A DNA stretch of 64,000 bases, from positions 4,836,001 to 4,900,000 of the forward strand of contig OZ024748.1 in the NCBI GenBank assembly GCA_964016885.1. The letters are read 5' to 3'. The notes under the pieces are model-generated. The model had not been told where the DNA came from. It saw only the letters and a program-made list of their open reading frames with translations, and searched no databases. Shown here piece after piece: positions 43,150-57,337 of the stretch. The first letter of the stretch is position 1; each line of letters opens with the position of its first letter. The translations under genes and the position numbers were made by a program. This DNA comes from Eledone cirrhosa. Lineage: Eukaryota.

Positions 43150-43360
43150 ATCGACTTTCGTCAAATCGGACCGAGGAAACAATGTTTCCGTCGGTCTTTC
43201 CAGTTGCTAATACTATCTATCGGTCGCAACTCGAGGTAGAAGGAGCAACGTGAAATAAAGTGTCTTGCTCAAGGACATAACGCATCGCCCGGTCCAGGAA
43301 TCGAACTCACAATCTCAAGATTGTGAATCCAATTCTCTAACCACTCAGCCATACGCCTTC
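43150..43360 (-). mobile_element. tRNA-head SINE of a different family
   Basis: The minus strand has A-box-like tggctgagtggttagag and B-box gagttcgattcct; the plus strand shows aagtgtcttgctcaaggacataac. Confidence 0.7.
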
Positions 43361-43419
43361 ACCAAACAAATTCATACAAACGGCGCGTACACCTTCAGAA
43401 ATAAGTACGCATACACATG

Positions 43420-43529
<110 letters not shown>

Positions 43530-43581
43530 GTATGCATATATATATATATATATCTATCTATGTATATATATATAGAGCGAG

Positions 43582-43666
<85 letters not shown>

Positions 43667-43924
43667 TATATATATGTGTATAAAGGAGGAAACAAAAATA
43701 CGTATAGATAGATGTATTTGTGTTGTTTTTGATTTTGATTCTTATTCAAACATGGCCTCCGCAGTCTGTCATGTTGGACAAAGCAGAATCATCCTGGAAG
43801 AATGGAGGAATCATTTGGGGAGTTTTGTATGCATAAAGCTTCCAAAATCCAGTGGAAAATCTAAATATAATCGAAAATGTACATCCATACATACATGGAG
43901 TTAAAATATATATACACACTGTAA

Positions 43925-44096
43925 TAACAATAAATGAGAAGACTAAAATCCGAATAGGGCTCGATAAGGATAAATACATATCAAATATATATAAACCCGT
44001 CGAGCAAATATTAATATTATAAGAACAGAAGATCCCGTTAAGGGTGAAAGCAGCGATTCTTTGCTTAAAATTTTAATCTGCTTTTTATAATAAATA
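43925..44096. mobile_element. Family E element: tail plus a degenerate hammerhead-like motif
   Basis: The tail matches 21175-21268; aagaa CAGAAGA tccc-gttaa-gggt GAAA gcagc gA ttctt lies at 44021-44061. Confidence 0.55.
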
Positions 44097-44105
44097 TACA
44101 CACAC

Positions 44106-44218
<113 letters not shown>

Positions 44219-44775
44219 TCGTATGTGGTTGACGGCCGAGAAGAAGGTATACTCAATATCCAAGTAGAGTTTTAATATTCATTTTATTAAGGGTAAAAAG
44301 TAACTGGAGTTTCGCCTGTTTATCACAGACATGAGACAAGATCTCCGAGTGAACGAAAACAGGAAGACGATATTTTGGTTCGTGAAGACGTTCCCTGGCA
44401 ATGAACGGGAAAAAAGCGAGGATAATACGTCGTTATGTGGAGCGTGAAGAACAATTTCATGCAAAGACAAGACCAAGTTTATGGTATAAATGGAGTCATT
44501 AGACTAATATTCTATTTAAAATAACAGAATGATTTCCGGCCCCGGAGTTTAAGAATGATGTAAATAAAATTGAAAACGAAAATGACAGAGGTTATTATTA
44601 AAATAGTAAAAGTAAATAGTGAATATTTAGGCCATGAAGATTTATCCTACGTGAATAACGGATTTGTAGAGATAGATTCATATTAACAGAGCTGCCATTA
44701 TACTTTACTAAATCGTTTTGAGTATATGTTCCACTGCCTTGTAATTCACAATTGCGTAAACTCATAATCACATAC

Positions 44776-44836
<61 letters not shown>

Positions 44837-45503
44837 GGTTTATGTAATAAACTCACTACATTTACACTGTACGAATTATTCAAATGCTTTTACTGCTTCT
44901 GCAGTAAAGATTTATTCCAAATAATTAGTAACAATGGCTGCATACTGGCTTTTCACAATTGTTCTGAAAAGCTGGTAGCTTCGAGGAACCAACTATAATA
45001 AATTACAAATAACTGTATTCCTACGATTTGTTTATACCATATTTAAATTGCTTATATCTTTACAATAGAGTATAAAAATGTCCGGAAGAATATTTAACAT
45101 TTATATTCCTGTTATACTCGAAATTCTAATGTTATATCTTCGTATATGACCTAGAAGCAGAATTAGGAATTTGAATATATTGATTTTGAAATTATTAACA
45201 GAATATATTTTGTTCTGTTAAGATAACTATAGATTCTTAGATGACCTGGGGAGTTTTATATTCACAGACATGAGTCTAAAGAAAAAAAAAGTTATGTGAG
45301 AATGTCTTTAAATATCTGATAAAGTATTAAGTCTGCGTAAGAAAATTTATTGCCAGGATGTCACTTGTCATAAAAATATTTAGTAAGTTTTGGTGAAGAT
45401 AAATACACATAGATATGTCCAAAGCCACGAATATATATAAATATGAATATATATATACATATATAGTTATAATATATATAGTAATATACAACATAAGACA
45501 ATT

Positions 45504-45578
45504 ATTCCATTTACCAAAGGTTTCACGAAGACAGACGAGTTCGGCAGAGACGTCTGAAATCGTTCGTCAGAATGAAAT
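45504..45578 (-). ncRNA. Type I hammerhead ribozyme (distinct family, long stem II)
   Basis: Minus strand: atttcatt CTGACGA acga.cagacg...cgtctg.tcgt GAAA cc-ttt-gg TA aatggaat. Stem I 8 bp, GUA cleavage triplet. Confidence 0.8.
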
Positions 45579-45721
45579 TTTATTTGAATTTCATTATATA
45601 AACATATATATGATTTAACGAGTATTAAACTTGTAAGACCATTATTCAGCAGCTTAAAAGGTTCTTCGGGTAGTAGAATGTGATTGTCCTCTTGACGTTT
45701 ATATATATATACATATATATA

Positions 45722-45840
45722 TATGTTCAGAGCCATCCTCAGCATTCTCGTGTAGCACCCATCCACCATCTGAGTGAGTTTCTTGGTCAGTGTCCAAGTC
45801 TCAAACCCGTACAGCAGCACAGACTCCACTACTGCAATGT
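45722..45840 (-). pseudogene. RTE-clade LINE reverse transcriptase fragment (post-RT region)
   Basis: IAVVESVLLYGFETWTLTKKLTQMVDGCYTRMLRMALN; the LLYGxETW motif is typical of RTE-group non-LTR elements. Confidence 0.85.
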
Positions 45841-45849
45841 ATAAATAAA

Positions 45850-46328
45850 ACTATCTTTTTATCATCGTAGTGGACTATTGTATGCGCCTTGCACTGGAGA
45901 AACACCAGGACTCTGGCTTTACTGTAGCACCGGCTCAGAGCAGGAGAGTTAAGGCGAAAAAGGTATCAGATGCTGATTTTGCCGACGACATAGTTTTGGT
46001 GACAAATACAGTGAAGGAGGCAGAGGATTTGATGCGGGGCGTTGAGACTGTGTCGATGAGTGTGGGGCTGAGAATGAATGAGAATAAAACAAAATATCTG
46101 GTAGAGAATGTTGAGAAGTCAGAGGGGATCACTAATGTAGGCGGGAAGCCGCTAGAATTGGTTTAGGACTTCCTGTATTTGGGAGCAAAGATTGGGAATA
46201 CGGAAGATGATGTGGTTGAGAGGAAGAGCAAAGCCTGGGCGGCGTGCCACAGCTTGAGATCAGTGTAGAAGTCGGACCTTCGTAAAGACCTGAAAATCCG
46301 CCTCTCATTGCTGTAGTGGAGTCAGCAC
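45850..46328 (+). pseudogene. RTE-clade LINE reverse transcriptase fragment (catalytic region), disrupted
   Basis: DYCMRLALE...DADFADDIVLV...GLRMNENKTKYL...V*DFLYLG: FADD catalytic motif, GLxxNxxKT and FxYLG, with in-frame stops. Confidence 0.88.
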
Positions 46329-46639
46329 TTCTTTCTCCACCCTCAGCTTCCTTTCCAAGTGAAACTTGAAAAAGATGAGGGATTGGCCGAAGAGAAAAGC
46401 GTCTATCTTCAGTCCTTTCAACCTCGTCCACCATACAACCTCTTTCGCTACATGGTAGCAGTAATAATGACTATCTTTCGCTACATGGTAGCAGTAATAA
46501 TGATTATCTTTGTATTTTTTAATTTAAAAAATATTTTTTTTTTATGGTTGGTTTTGCTGCAATTTTCTATATTTATATTTATATTTATATTTCCTATTTT
46601 ATTTTTATATTTTTAATAGCTGACGTTGCAGTAGTTGTT

Positions 46640-47015
46640 GTAATAGTAGTAGTAGTAGTTAGTGTTATATTTGCAGTATTTGTTGTAGTAGTAGTTGTTA
46701 TATTTGCAGTATTTGTTGTAGTAGTAGTTGTTGTTATATTTGCAGTATTTGTTGTAGTAGTTGTTGTTGTTATATTTGCAGTTGTTGTTGTTGTAGTAGT
46801 TGTTGTTGTTATATTTGCAGTATTTGTTGTTGTTGTAATTGTAGTATTTGTAGTAGTTGATATATTTGCAGTTGTTATTGTTGTAGTAGTTGTTATATTT
46901 GCAGTTGTCGTTGTTGTAGTAGTTGTAGTTGTTATATTTGCAGTTGTTGTTGTTGTAGTTGTTGTTGTTGTTATATTTGCAGTATTTGTTGTTATAATTG
47001 TAGTTGTTGTTGTTA
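46640..47015. repeat. ~30-36 bp minisatellite (gttatatttgcagtatttgttgtagtagt...)
   Basis: About 10 copies anchored on atatttgcagt. Confidence 0.85.
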
Positions 47016-47243
47016 AAGGCTGTGGAGATATTTTATTCTCGCATCACTGCGGGATTGCAAACAACTAACTTTCACCCAACGCCTCTCTCTCGCCCTTCTC
47101 CACTCCATACGGGTCACTGGTATTAGTAATGAACAGAGAAGGTAATAAATCTCTCACGGAAAAACTCTCAAATACACACATACATATATACATATGTACA
47201 CACATACATACACACTCATACACATGCATACATACGCTCGTAT

Positions 47244-47274
<31 letters not shown>

Positions 47275-47381
47275 TATGCATACAAACGCTCACACACACA
47301 GATACCATGTCTTTATTTCTTTGTATTTGTCTCTTTCTTCTCATATTCCTTCCTCTTTACTCCCCCCCCTCTCTCTATATA

Positions 47382-47460
<79 letters not shown>

Positions 47461-47463
<3 letters not shown>

Positions 47464-47517
47464 AAAATGTTTAACCCCGACGGCAGAGCTCAAGCCGTTT
47501 CGACGGCTATTTCTGGA
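47461..47517 (-). mobile_element. Family D single arm, in (TA)n
   Basis: accccgacggcagagctcaagccgtttcgacggctatttctgga matches the arm at 12125. Confidence 0.8.
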
Positions 47518-48857
47518 TATATATATATATATTCAGTCTCTCTCTCTATATATATTTTTCTCACTCACACTCTACATCTCCCCCTTGAACCCCTCTATAT
47601 CTCTTTCCCTCACTCTATCCCTATTTTCTATCTCTCACTCTATAATTTTTCTCTCTCTCTAAACCCCTCTATACTTTTGTCCTTCCCTCTGTCTCTATTT
47701 TCTCTCTCTGTCTCCCTCTCTCTATATATATGTTCCCTCTCTCACACACTACACCCCCCCCCATCTATATCTCTGTGCCTGTCAGAATATGTCTCTCTTT
47801 CTCTCTCTCTCTCATTCCATCTGTCTCTTTATATATATTTGTCTCTCTCCAATGGTTCTCAATTGATCCATCCATAATGTTTCAATTCATTCAGCCCCCT
47901 CCCTTCCCCCGCTCCCTACGACAGTTATCTTGTTCTTTCGTCCTGGAAAACAGTCTGTGTGTCACGACAAATTAATTGGACCCATCATACCCACCAAAAT
48001 TCAACATTCGTACGTTCAAACGCACACGCACACGCACACACACATACAAATACACACATTCACACACACACAGACATATATATATACAAACACACACACT
48101 CACTCACACATACAAATGCACACACACATATACAAACACACTCACTCACACACACAAACATAAACACACACACACACAGCTCGAGATTTAAATTCTACGA
48201 GGCATTGTACGATTTATAGTAGAAAGTGTTCAAGGGAAACCGTGACAATACAAGTTAGTAAGGAAGTGAAAACTGGAGTATTTATAATAAAACAAACAAA
48301 ACAGTTGTACTTTATATTTCAGTATATTTCCAGATTAAATCATTTTTTTTAAAAAATAAAAACAAAATGGAGTTTCCGAAGTTGGGGAGAATTAAGGTCC
48401 ACTCCGCGATATATTGCGTCGAAGGTATGGTGATATGCGTAGAATGGTATAGACATAGTAGCCAAATAGCACCGTGTAATAATTGTCTGTTGTTTACTCT
48501 TTTACTCTTTTACCTGTTACAGCCATTCGGCTGAGGCCATGCTAGGGCACCACATTTGTTTATACAAGGTCTTAATCTCTTAATCTAGTTTAATTTTGTT
48601 TTCGTAAAATTGGCAGAGATCTGATCAAAATGTCTTGCAGTACAAAATTGTATTTTCTTGCAATCAAATAAAAATCAGTTGTAAGCACACAAAATGTAGA
48701 ATTTCGTTTCTTCTTTACAGAATTTAAAAAAAAAACCTCAAAGTTTAAACAAGTTCCTTGTTTTTTCTATTATTTTTCCACTGAGAACATCACTGATTTC
48801 CCCAGGATCTGAATTTTTTATAATGTCATTTCCTGATCCTTCAATAATTAATAATAG

Positions 48858-49032
48858 TTAGACCAGCAATTAATTTTTTGGGGGTTGGGAAGGGAAAGTC
48901 AATTAAATCGACCCCAGTGCGTGATTAGTAGTTTATAATATCGAACCCGTAAGGATGAAAGGCAAAGCTAACCTGGGCGATATTTGAACGTAAAGAACTG
49001 TAACTGTATACTGCCAATCCACTGCCCTTAAT
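48858..49032 (-). mobile_element. SINE family S1
   Basis: aaatcgaccccagtg...cccgtaaggatgaaaggcaaagctaacc...actgccaatccac. Confidence 0.8.
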
Positions 49033-49568
49033 CCTTCAGTATTCAGTAATTAATAATAGATATATATTGTAAAGTGTAAAATTTGTATTAATTTGAAAGA
49101 AACATTTATCTACTATGTAAATATTTATCTACAAAACAAACATTTACTTAAAGATAAGGATACAAGAAATATTTACGTACGGAAAATAGAGAAGAAAATA
49201 TATAAAATTAAATAGAAACATAAAACTAGAAGAATAATAGAAGAAAAAAGCGGGAAAATATAATATAAGGACATAAGGAATATGTAAAAATAGTAAATAA
49301 CGTTAAAAAGTATAATTTTATAACAACCAATATTTTTGTGTGTGTGTATGTGCGGGCTTGTATGTGTGGGTGTATGTGTGTATGTATAAAAATAGATTTA
49401 TACTGCCTACTTTTCGCATACACATACATACACAAATATCTATATATATCTATATATATACACAAAAATAAATGTATACACGCTCACACACATGTATATA
49501 TATACACACTCATATATATACATTATATGTATATGTATATGTATAAATAACTATATATATACATATGT

Positions 49569-49605
<37 letters not shown>

Positions 49606-49676
49606 AAAATGAAACTAATGCTTAATAGAGTGGAACAGTATACGCAATTGTTCACTGAGTACACACACACATACAT

Positions 49677-49723
<47 letters not shown>

Positions 49724-49929
49724 CACACACATATATATATAATTCTATGTATATGTTATATGTATATGTGTCCCCTGCGCTGATTTAATACAGTTATGAA
49801 TAAATAAACTAATAAACTATATTAAAATATACAAAAACTAAAGAAAATCGATAAAACAAAAAACTCCTAAAGCAACAGAATGTTTTTTTACTATAGACTG
49901 ATGTTTGACCAATAACTACTAACACGACA

Positions 49930-50680
<751 letters not shown>

Positions 50681-50942
50681 CACAGAAACACAGAGACACA
50701 CATGATCAGTTCCGTTCTGTATTGGCGGGGGGTGAGGTGGGGGAGGCAGTATAGATGGGTAATGTTCAGTGAACCTCTTCATGTAGGAAGTATCGGTCAA
50801 AAGTAATTGATTATGGTATACCCAAACACTTCCGCCCCATCTAGCCCCTTATATAAATAAATGTGAAAAAATATAGTTTTGCTAAGAAAAATAGAAAAAA
50901 AAATAGAAAACTATGGAAACTGAAGCAAAACATAGAATATGA

Positions 50943-51137
50943 AATAATTGTTTCTACTTTTGGCACAAGGCCAGCAATTACCCAGTGCATTACTGGTACT
51001 TTATTTTATCGACTCCGTAAGGATGAAAGGCAAAGTTAACCTCGGCGGGATTTGAACTGAAAATGGTAAGGGCCGTAACTCTATGCTGGAAAGCATGGCG
51101 TCCGACCCTCTACCGATACTGCCAATCCACCGCCCTA
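50943..51137 (-). mobile_element. SINE family S1, apparently full-length
   Basis: Runs from the head gggcggtggattggcagtatcggtagagggtcggacgcc to the tail aaagtagaaacaattatt. Confidence 0.9.
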
Positions 51138-51375
51138 ATACATTAATAGATATAAAATATAAGAGAAGAGGAAGTTGAGGAATTAAGTAAGATGTAGACT
51201 TTCTGTCTCTTACCTCTCTAATTTCATTTCCTCGCCTGTTTATGTGGCATTGTATTCATTTGTAGAAACAATGTCATTTTCTTCATTAACTTTCATAGGA
51301 ACACACAAACATACATTTGCCCACACACATTATATACACAGGCTGACACCACTAGGCACCGTGGTCGGGGCTTTA

Positions 51376-51630
51376 CTGTCGAAACAGCCGGCTCTCAGCC
51401 GTCGGAGTCCTGACTCTTTTCCTACATATATATTTATATATAGAAGAGTCAGGACTCCGACGGCTGAGAGCCGGCTGTTTCGACAGCTAGACCCAAAAGC
51501 TATCGAAACGGCCGGAGCTCAGCCGTCGGGGTCCTGACCTTTTTGCTATTGCCCATTCTAATACCCTAAGTATCGAGTACTCTGGTGCGTTATGGTCCAC
51601 CTGGTTTCTTACCATACTTTCTTTGTTCTT
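51376..51630. mobile_element. Family D element, three arms in alternating orientation plus tail
   Basis: 51376-51418 (+), 51444-51490 (-) and 51498-51545 (+), followed by the conserved tail. Confidence 0.85.
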
Positions 51631-52618
51631 ATATATATATATATAAGTGTTGGGTCCTAATATCAGCACACTCCACTATCCCATCAATGGAGTACTCTCT
51701 ATAATGTTCTTCCTAGATTGATACTGTTTTAATCCTGATATATATATATAATTATATTTCAAATTTAGAATTGTTAAGTCAGGATTATTTCATCATAATT
51801 GCTTTATTGCATGATATACAATTCTGTTACATGGCTATGCATGTGAGTTCATTAGCTGTCCATACAAGCATAGGTTTAGTTATGCAATCATGGGGATATG
51901 CAAGCGGTCAATTTTGTCTCTACACTTTCTATAGACAATTGTTGTAAATGGGAACCTGTGTCTATGATTTTCGAATAACTTTGAAAACAACCAATAATTT
52001 AGAGGGATTTCGTAATACAACTAAATATGTCATTATTCAACTGAATTTTGGAGCATAACTTAACAGTACTTCTTACTTAAAATTTTGATGAAATGTTTTA
52101 GACAAATATAAACAAGTTAAAATAGATATTTATTTATCATAAAACCAGTGTCGGTTTCAAATAGTTTGATATCAAAATGATACAATTATATAAAACTATT
52201 TCAGAAATACCCAAATACCATTAGTAAGCCAATAAATAGCATGGCTTTATATAAATGAATAAAGATGCTGATGTACTGAATGGCGTAGAGAAAACATTCA
52301 ACATTAATTGAAATGTTCCTCTTAACTCTGTTTGGCTTGGTCAATTGCCAAAAGACCGTGTCATTTCCTATTTTCTCAATTTTTTCTTTATCGTGTCTGA
52401 TAATCATAAATTATATCAACCAATTATTTCCTCTTTCGTTTGTCATTCAATATCATCAACGTCACCATTATCCTCTTCATCACCATCAATGTTATCATCG
52501 TCGTTATCATCACTTGTTTTATATCCAGCCACCAAATAAAACTATTTCTTTTCTCCTTGTATTCTCACTCTTGTTCTTCTTATTGCACATATACACACAC
52601 AACCACCCTCCCTCTCTC

Positions 52619-52687
<69 letters not shown>

Positions 52688-52814
52688 AGGGACACATGTA
52701 TGTTTATGTGTGTTCACCTCCCTTGTATATTCAATAATATTACACGGCTCGGACTCGGAAAATATTTTTTCTTAGAGCTATTTAATTGTAAGAGACTACT
52801 TTGAGTTTCTAACT

Positions 52815-52878
<64 letters not shown>

Positions 52879-53028
52879 TGCGATTATTGTATGCATGTGT
52901 ACTGCAAATCATTTAAATCCGTTTTAAGGCCGTTAATAAATCTCTCCTGTTACTCCAAGTTAAACAGAGAAAAATGTTATAAACATCAGCAACAACAACA
53001 ACAACAATAACAATAATAATAATAACAA

Positions 53029-53080
<52 letters not shown>

Positions 53081-53168
53081 GATAATGCTTTCTACCATAG
53101 ACACCGATGAGGTTTTTCAAATGAAATAACCCATAGGAGGAAAACATACGGCAGGCAGTCACAAATCA

Positions 53169-53214
<46 letters not shown>

Positions 53215-53464
53215 TTCATTCTTTTACTATATATATATATATAGCGAGAGAGAGAGAGAGTAGATAACAGCAATAATAAAGAGTGAGAGGGAGAGAGAGA
53301 GAGATACAGATAATAGCAGTGAGAGAGAGTGGAGGATAGAGATAGTAGGATAGTGCATGATATCGTCTTGGTAATAAATCTCTTCCCCTTGTGTTGGTGT
53401 TAAACGGAGGTTGAGGACGGAACCCGTAAATCTTTCTTTACGTCACTTATGTTTCTCTATGTCT

Positions 53465-53541
<77 letters not shown>

Positions 53542-53569
53542 TCTCTACCAAGTCTCGTAGTATCATGAA

Positions 53570-53840
53570 GTCAATTTGGGAACCGCTATGTGGTCAGCCA
53601 CTCTCCCGAGCTAGAAATAATAGCCACATCTCCGCTCAAAGCACACTCTCCATGTTATTGTCTTTTTTTGTTTTGTTTTTTTTCATTCATTGAACATTTT
53701 GGATAACTTGGATTTGAGCTGCTGGCACATACAATAAAAAAAATAACACAACAAAAATCGAAGAGAACATCACGGTTGGAACGCCTTCAATAATATGTTT
53801 GCTTAATTATTGATGACCTAGGGCTAAAAATAACAGCTAC
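53570..53840 (+). mobile_element. SINE family S2, diverged
   Basis: ctagaaataatagccacatctcc.ctcaaa.cacac...ggttggaacgccttc...tgacctagggctaaa; similar to 9335-9400. Confidence 0.45.
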
Positions 53841-54200
53841 TATTTATATCCAACCTGATTAAAACAACAACAGCAATATCTAAACCTTCAACTTTTAATT
53901 CAGTTATCAATGTCCCTCGTTTTGTGTTCTTGTTGTAAATAATGGCTCCACTATTATCATCATCACTATTGTTGTTGTTATTATTATTATTATTATTATT
54001 GTTATTATTATTAGTGTTATTAATATTTATTGACCTTTCGTTTTCATGCCATCCTTACCCTTGCCCCTAATATTCCCTCATGATTTTATACACATATGCA
54101 CGAAAACGGATATACAGAAAGAGACAAGGAAGGTCAAACACACACACTCACACACATATACACACACACACATACACACCACACACACATACATATATAC

Positions 54201-54236
<36 letters not shown>

Positions 54237-55570
54237 GCAACACACACACAACGCATACAAAAACATACTCATGAAAATGCAAGCTAACAGGGGAACAAAA
54301 TTAGTTACATGCACACACATACGTATACTAGCGGACACACACATACGTACACACACACACGTACACACACACATATACACGTACACACACAGACACACAG
54401 ACCAACCGAAAGACATATGACGGTGAGACCAAGAGATAAAATACGAGACATCCCGAACCCTACACTGACTATTAAATCGTCGATTGCCGACGTCTTTCAA
54501 CGAGGAAAGAAAAATTTCCGCCAAACGACCAAATAAAACGTAGAAGGAAATAAGCCATAAATTTCGACGCCATCTTTTGGTAAAAGTAAAACAACAACAG
54601 TATTGATAACAACAACAATAACAACAGCAACAACTACGGAAAAAACGACAACTTTAACAACAACAATAATAATAACAACAACAGCAAGGATAACAGGCGC
54701 AACTACAAAAATCAACAATAATTATAACAACAATAACAACAGCTACAAAAACAACGACAACTATATCAACAACAATGACAACAATAGTAACAACAACAAT
54801 GACAGCAGCACAACAACAACAGTGACACTAATAACCACAGCTACAATAATAACAACAACTAAATAACAATAAAACAATAACAAAATGTCAATGGCAACAA
54901 CAACAACAACAACAACACCGTCTAAATCATAAAATAGTCGTTTTCTTTCGTCGATTAATTTTTTTCGCTTAATTCTTCTTAATTCTTTACGGAAAAATAA
55001 ATGGTCGACAAATCTTCGACTTGGAGAGAAGAGAAAGGATGTGTGTGTGTGTGTGACTGAGTGAGTGTGAGAGAAAGAGAGAGACAGAGAGAAAGATAGA
55101 GAGATAGGGAGAAAGAGAGAGAGATAGAGAGAAAGAGAGAGAGAGAGAAAGTGAATCTTAGTGAGATAAGAGATAGAAAGAGAGACAGAAAGAGAGAGAA
55201 AGTGAGAAAGAGATAGAAAGAAAGAGAGAGAAAGAGAGAGAAAGAGAGAGAAAGAGAGAGAAAGAGAGAGAAAGAGAGACAGAGAGTGTGAGAGTGGGGG
55301 CTGCAGTGTGAATGAGAACCAAAGTATTTGATTTCAAGACAGATAGAGTAATCGACAGACACAAGAGGAGCGATAAAAGACAGTTTTAAATCATAAAATC
55401 CCTACCATCTGCACCCGAACATCGCTGACAAATACTTTAAGGGTAAGATTACATAACAGGAAAATAACTGAAAAAATTATTATTATTATTTTGATTTGTT
55501 TCTAAAAAACAGCAATTCGTCGAGAGAAAACCCCCCAGAAATATATACATATATATACCCACAATTAAGC

Positions 55571-55659
55571 TTTGCCCGACGACTAAGCTTATGCCCTTTT
55601 CATATCAACTGAATTTCTCATCTTATATTGAAACCATATAAGCTTAGACATCGGGCAAA
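55571..55659. repeat. 22-bp inverted repeat with a 45-bp spacer
   Basis: tttgcccgacgactaagcttat / ataagcttagacatcgggcaaa, 2 mismatches. Confidence 0.75.
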
Positions 55660-55794
55660 AATCCCTCTGATATTGAACAATGGTCCTATTGGTCTTAACT
55701 AGTAACAGCTCTCTCTCTCACACACGCGCACACACACACGTGTAGATATAACTCACGAATGCACCACACACACACATACTATACACACACACAC

Positions 55795-55830
<36 letters not shown>

Positions 55831-55831
55831 G

Positions 55832-56147
<316 letters not shown>

Positions 56148-56151
56148 GATA

Positions 56152-56214
56152 TAGAAAAAGAGTCAGGAGCCCAACGCCTGAGCTCCGGCCGTTTCTACAG
56201 CTAGATCCGAACTC
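56152..56214 (-). mobile_element. Family D single arm, diverged
   Basis: aagagtcaggagcccaacgcctgagctccggccgtttctacagctagatccga. Confidence 0.7.
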
Positions 56215-56398
56215 TATAAAAAATTTAAGTAGAAATGGCTTCTACAGAACTAGAACCGTTTCATTCTAACGAAATAATCAGGGAAGATGAACACGGTACT
56301 CATACACATATATGTATAAACACACACACATGTTATGATTTCGATCGAATGAAACAGTTCTAGTCCTGTAGAAGCCATTTCTACATTAAATTTTTATA
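56215..56398. mobile_element. Family C palindromic element, diverged cores
   Basis: Arms gtagaaatggcttctacag.actagaac.gtttcattc / gaatgaaacagttctagtcctgtagaagccatttctac; the minus-strand core reads CUGAUUA. Confidence 0.8.
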
Positions 56399-56545
56399 TA
56401 TATAATATAATATATATATATATATATATATGAATTTCCAATCTTTTGATAAGCGAGACCGTCGGTCATGGCGGCACTAGAAGAGGTAAACATTTAAATC
56501 GCATTTTAATTTATTTGAAAGATTGTTTAATGTTTACTTGTTCCG

Positions 56546-56579
<34 letters not shown>

Positions 56580-56580
<1 letters not shown>

Positions 56581-56665
56581 TCAGCGAGAATCGCGAAAAC
56601 GAAACGCAAAATCAGAGTTATGCTGGCAAGCACTCAATAGTTAAACAAACCCAGAGCTAAACATA
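56580..56665 (-). repeat. Dispersed repeat next to (TA)n, second copy at 57203-57290
   Basis: ttcagcgagaatcgc...aaaatcagagttatgctggcaagc.ctc.atagttaaac occurs twice. Confidence 0.75.
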
Positions 56666-57287
56666 TATGTTTAAACGCCATACAAACTGAAAAAGTGGTC
56701 AAGAAGTCATTAACCACCTAAGCCAAAAAACAAGTCAAGCTAAACAGGTCAAACAAAATAAATGATAAAATCATATATATATATATATAATATATATATA
56801 TACACATATACACATATATAACCAACCTGGACCCATTGGAAATGATGGTAAAATGCAGGGTTTCTATCACACCTAAATCAATAATACTGTCTGCTTAAAA
56901 CTATAAGCTTTTGGTATAATGATCGAACAAGGAATATCACGTTATCAACAGGTATTTTGTTCTGCGCCAACTTTGTGAATGACACAGAGCTTTGTAAAAG
57001 CACATGCGTAACTCACAAGGGGGAAAACCCCAGATTTTGGCAAATGAATTCAGTATGTGTAAATCATGCAAAAAATTGCATAAATAGCACAAATCGAATA
57101 AACACTCAACCAGGTAGTTTTAAAATAAACTTATGCCATCAATCTGTCAATAGAATTATTAACAGGTTAATTGTAAGACTCGGGAGATTAATACAAATAT
57201 ACATTCAGCGAGAATCGCATTTCGGCGGGTAGAAAAAGCGAAACGAAACGGAAAATCAGAGTTATGCTGGCAAGCGCTCTATAGTTA

Positions 57288-57337
<50 letters not shown>

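Noticed and set aside
45850-46328. RT fragment as the autonomous partner of the hammerhead elements
   Set aside because: Its motifs are RTE-clade non-LTR rather than Penelope-type, it is disrupted, and no GIY-YIG domain is visible.
50943-51137. tRNA gene
   Set aside because: A- and B-box-like motifs belong to a SINE head; no cloverleaf could be folded.
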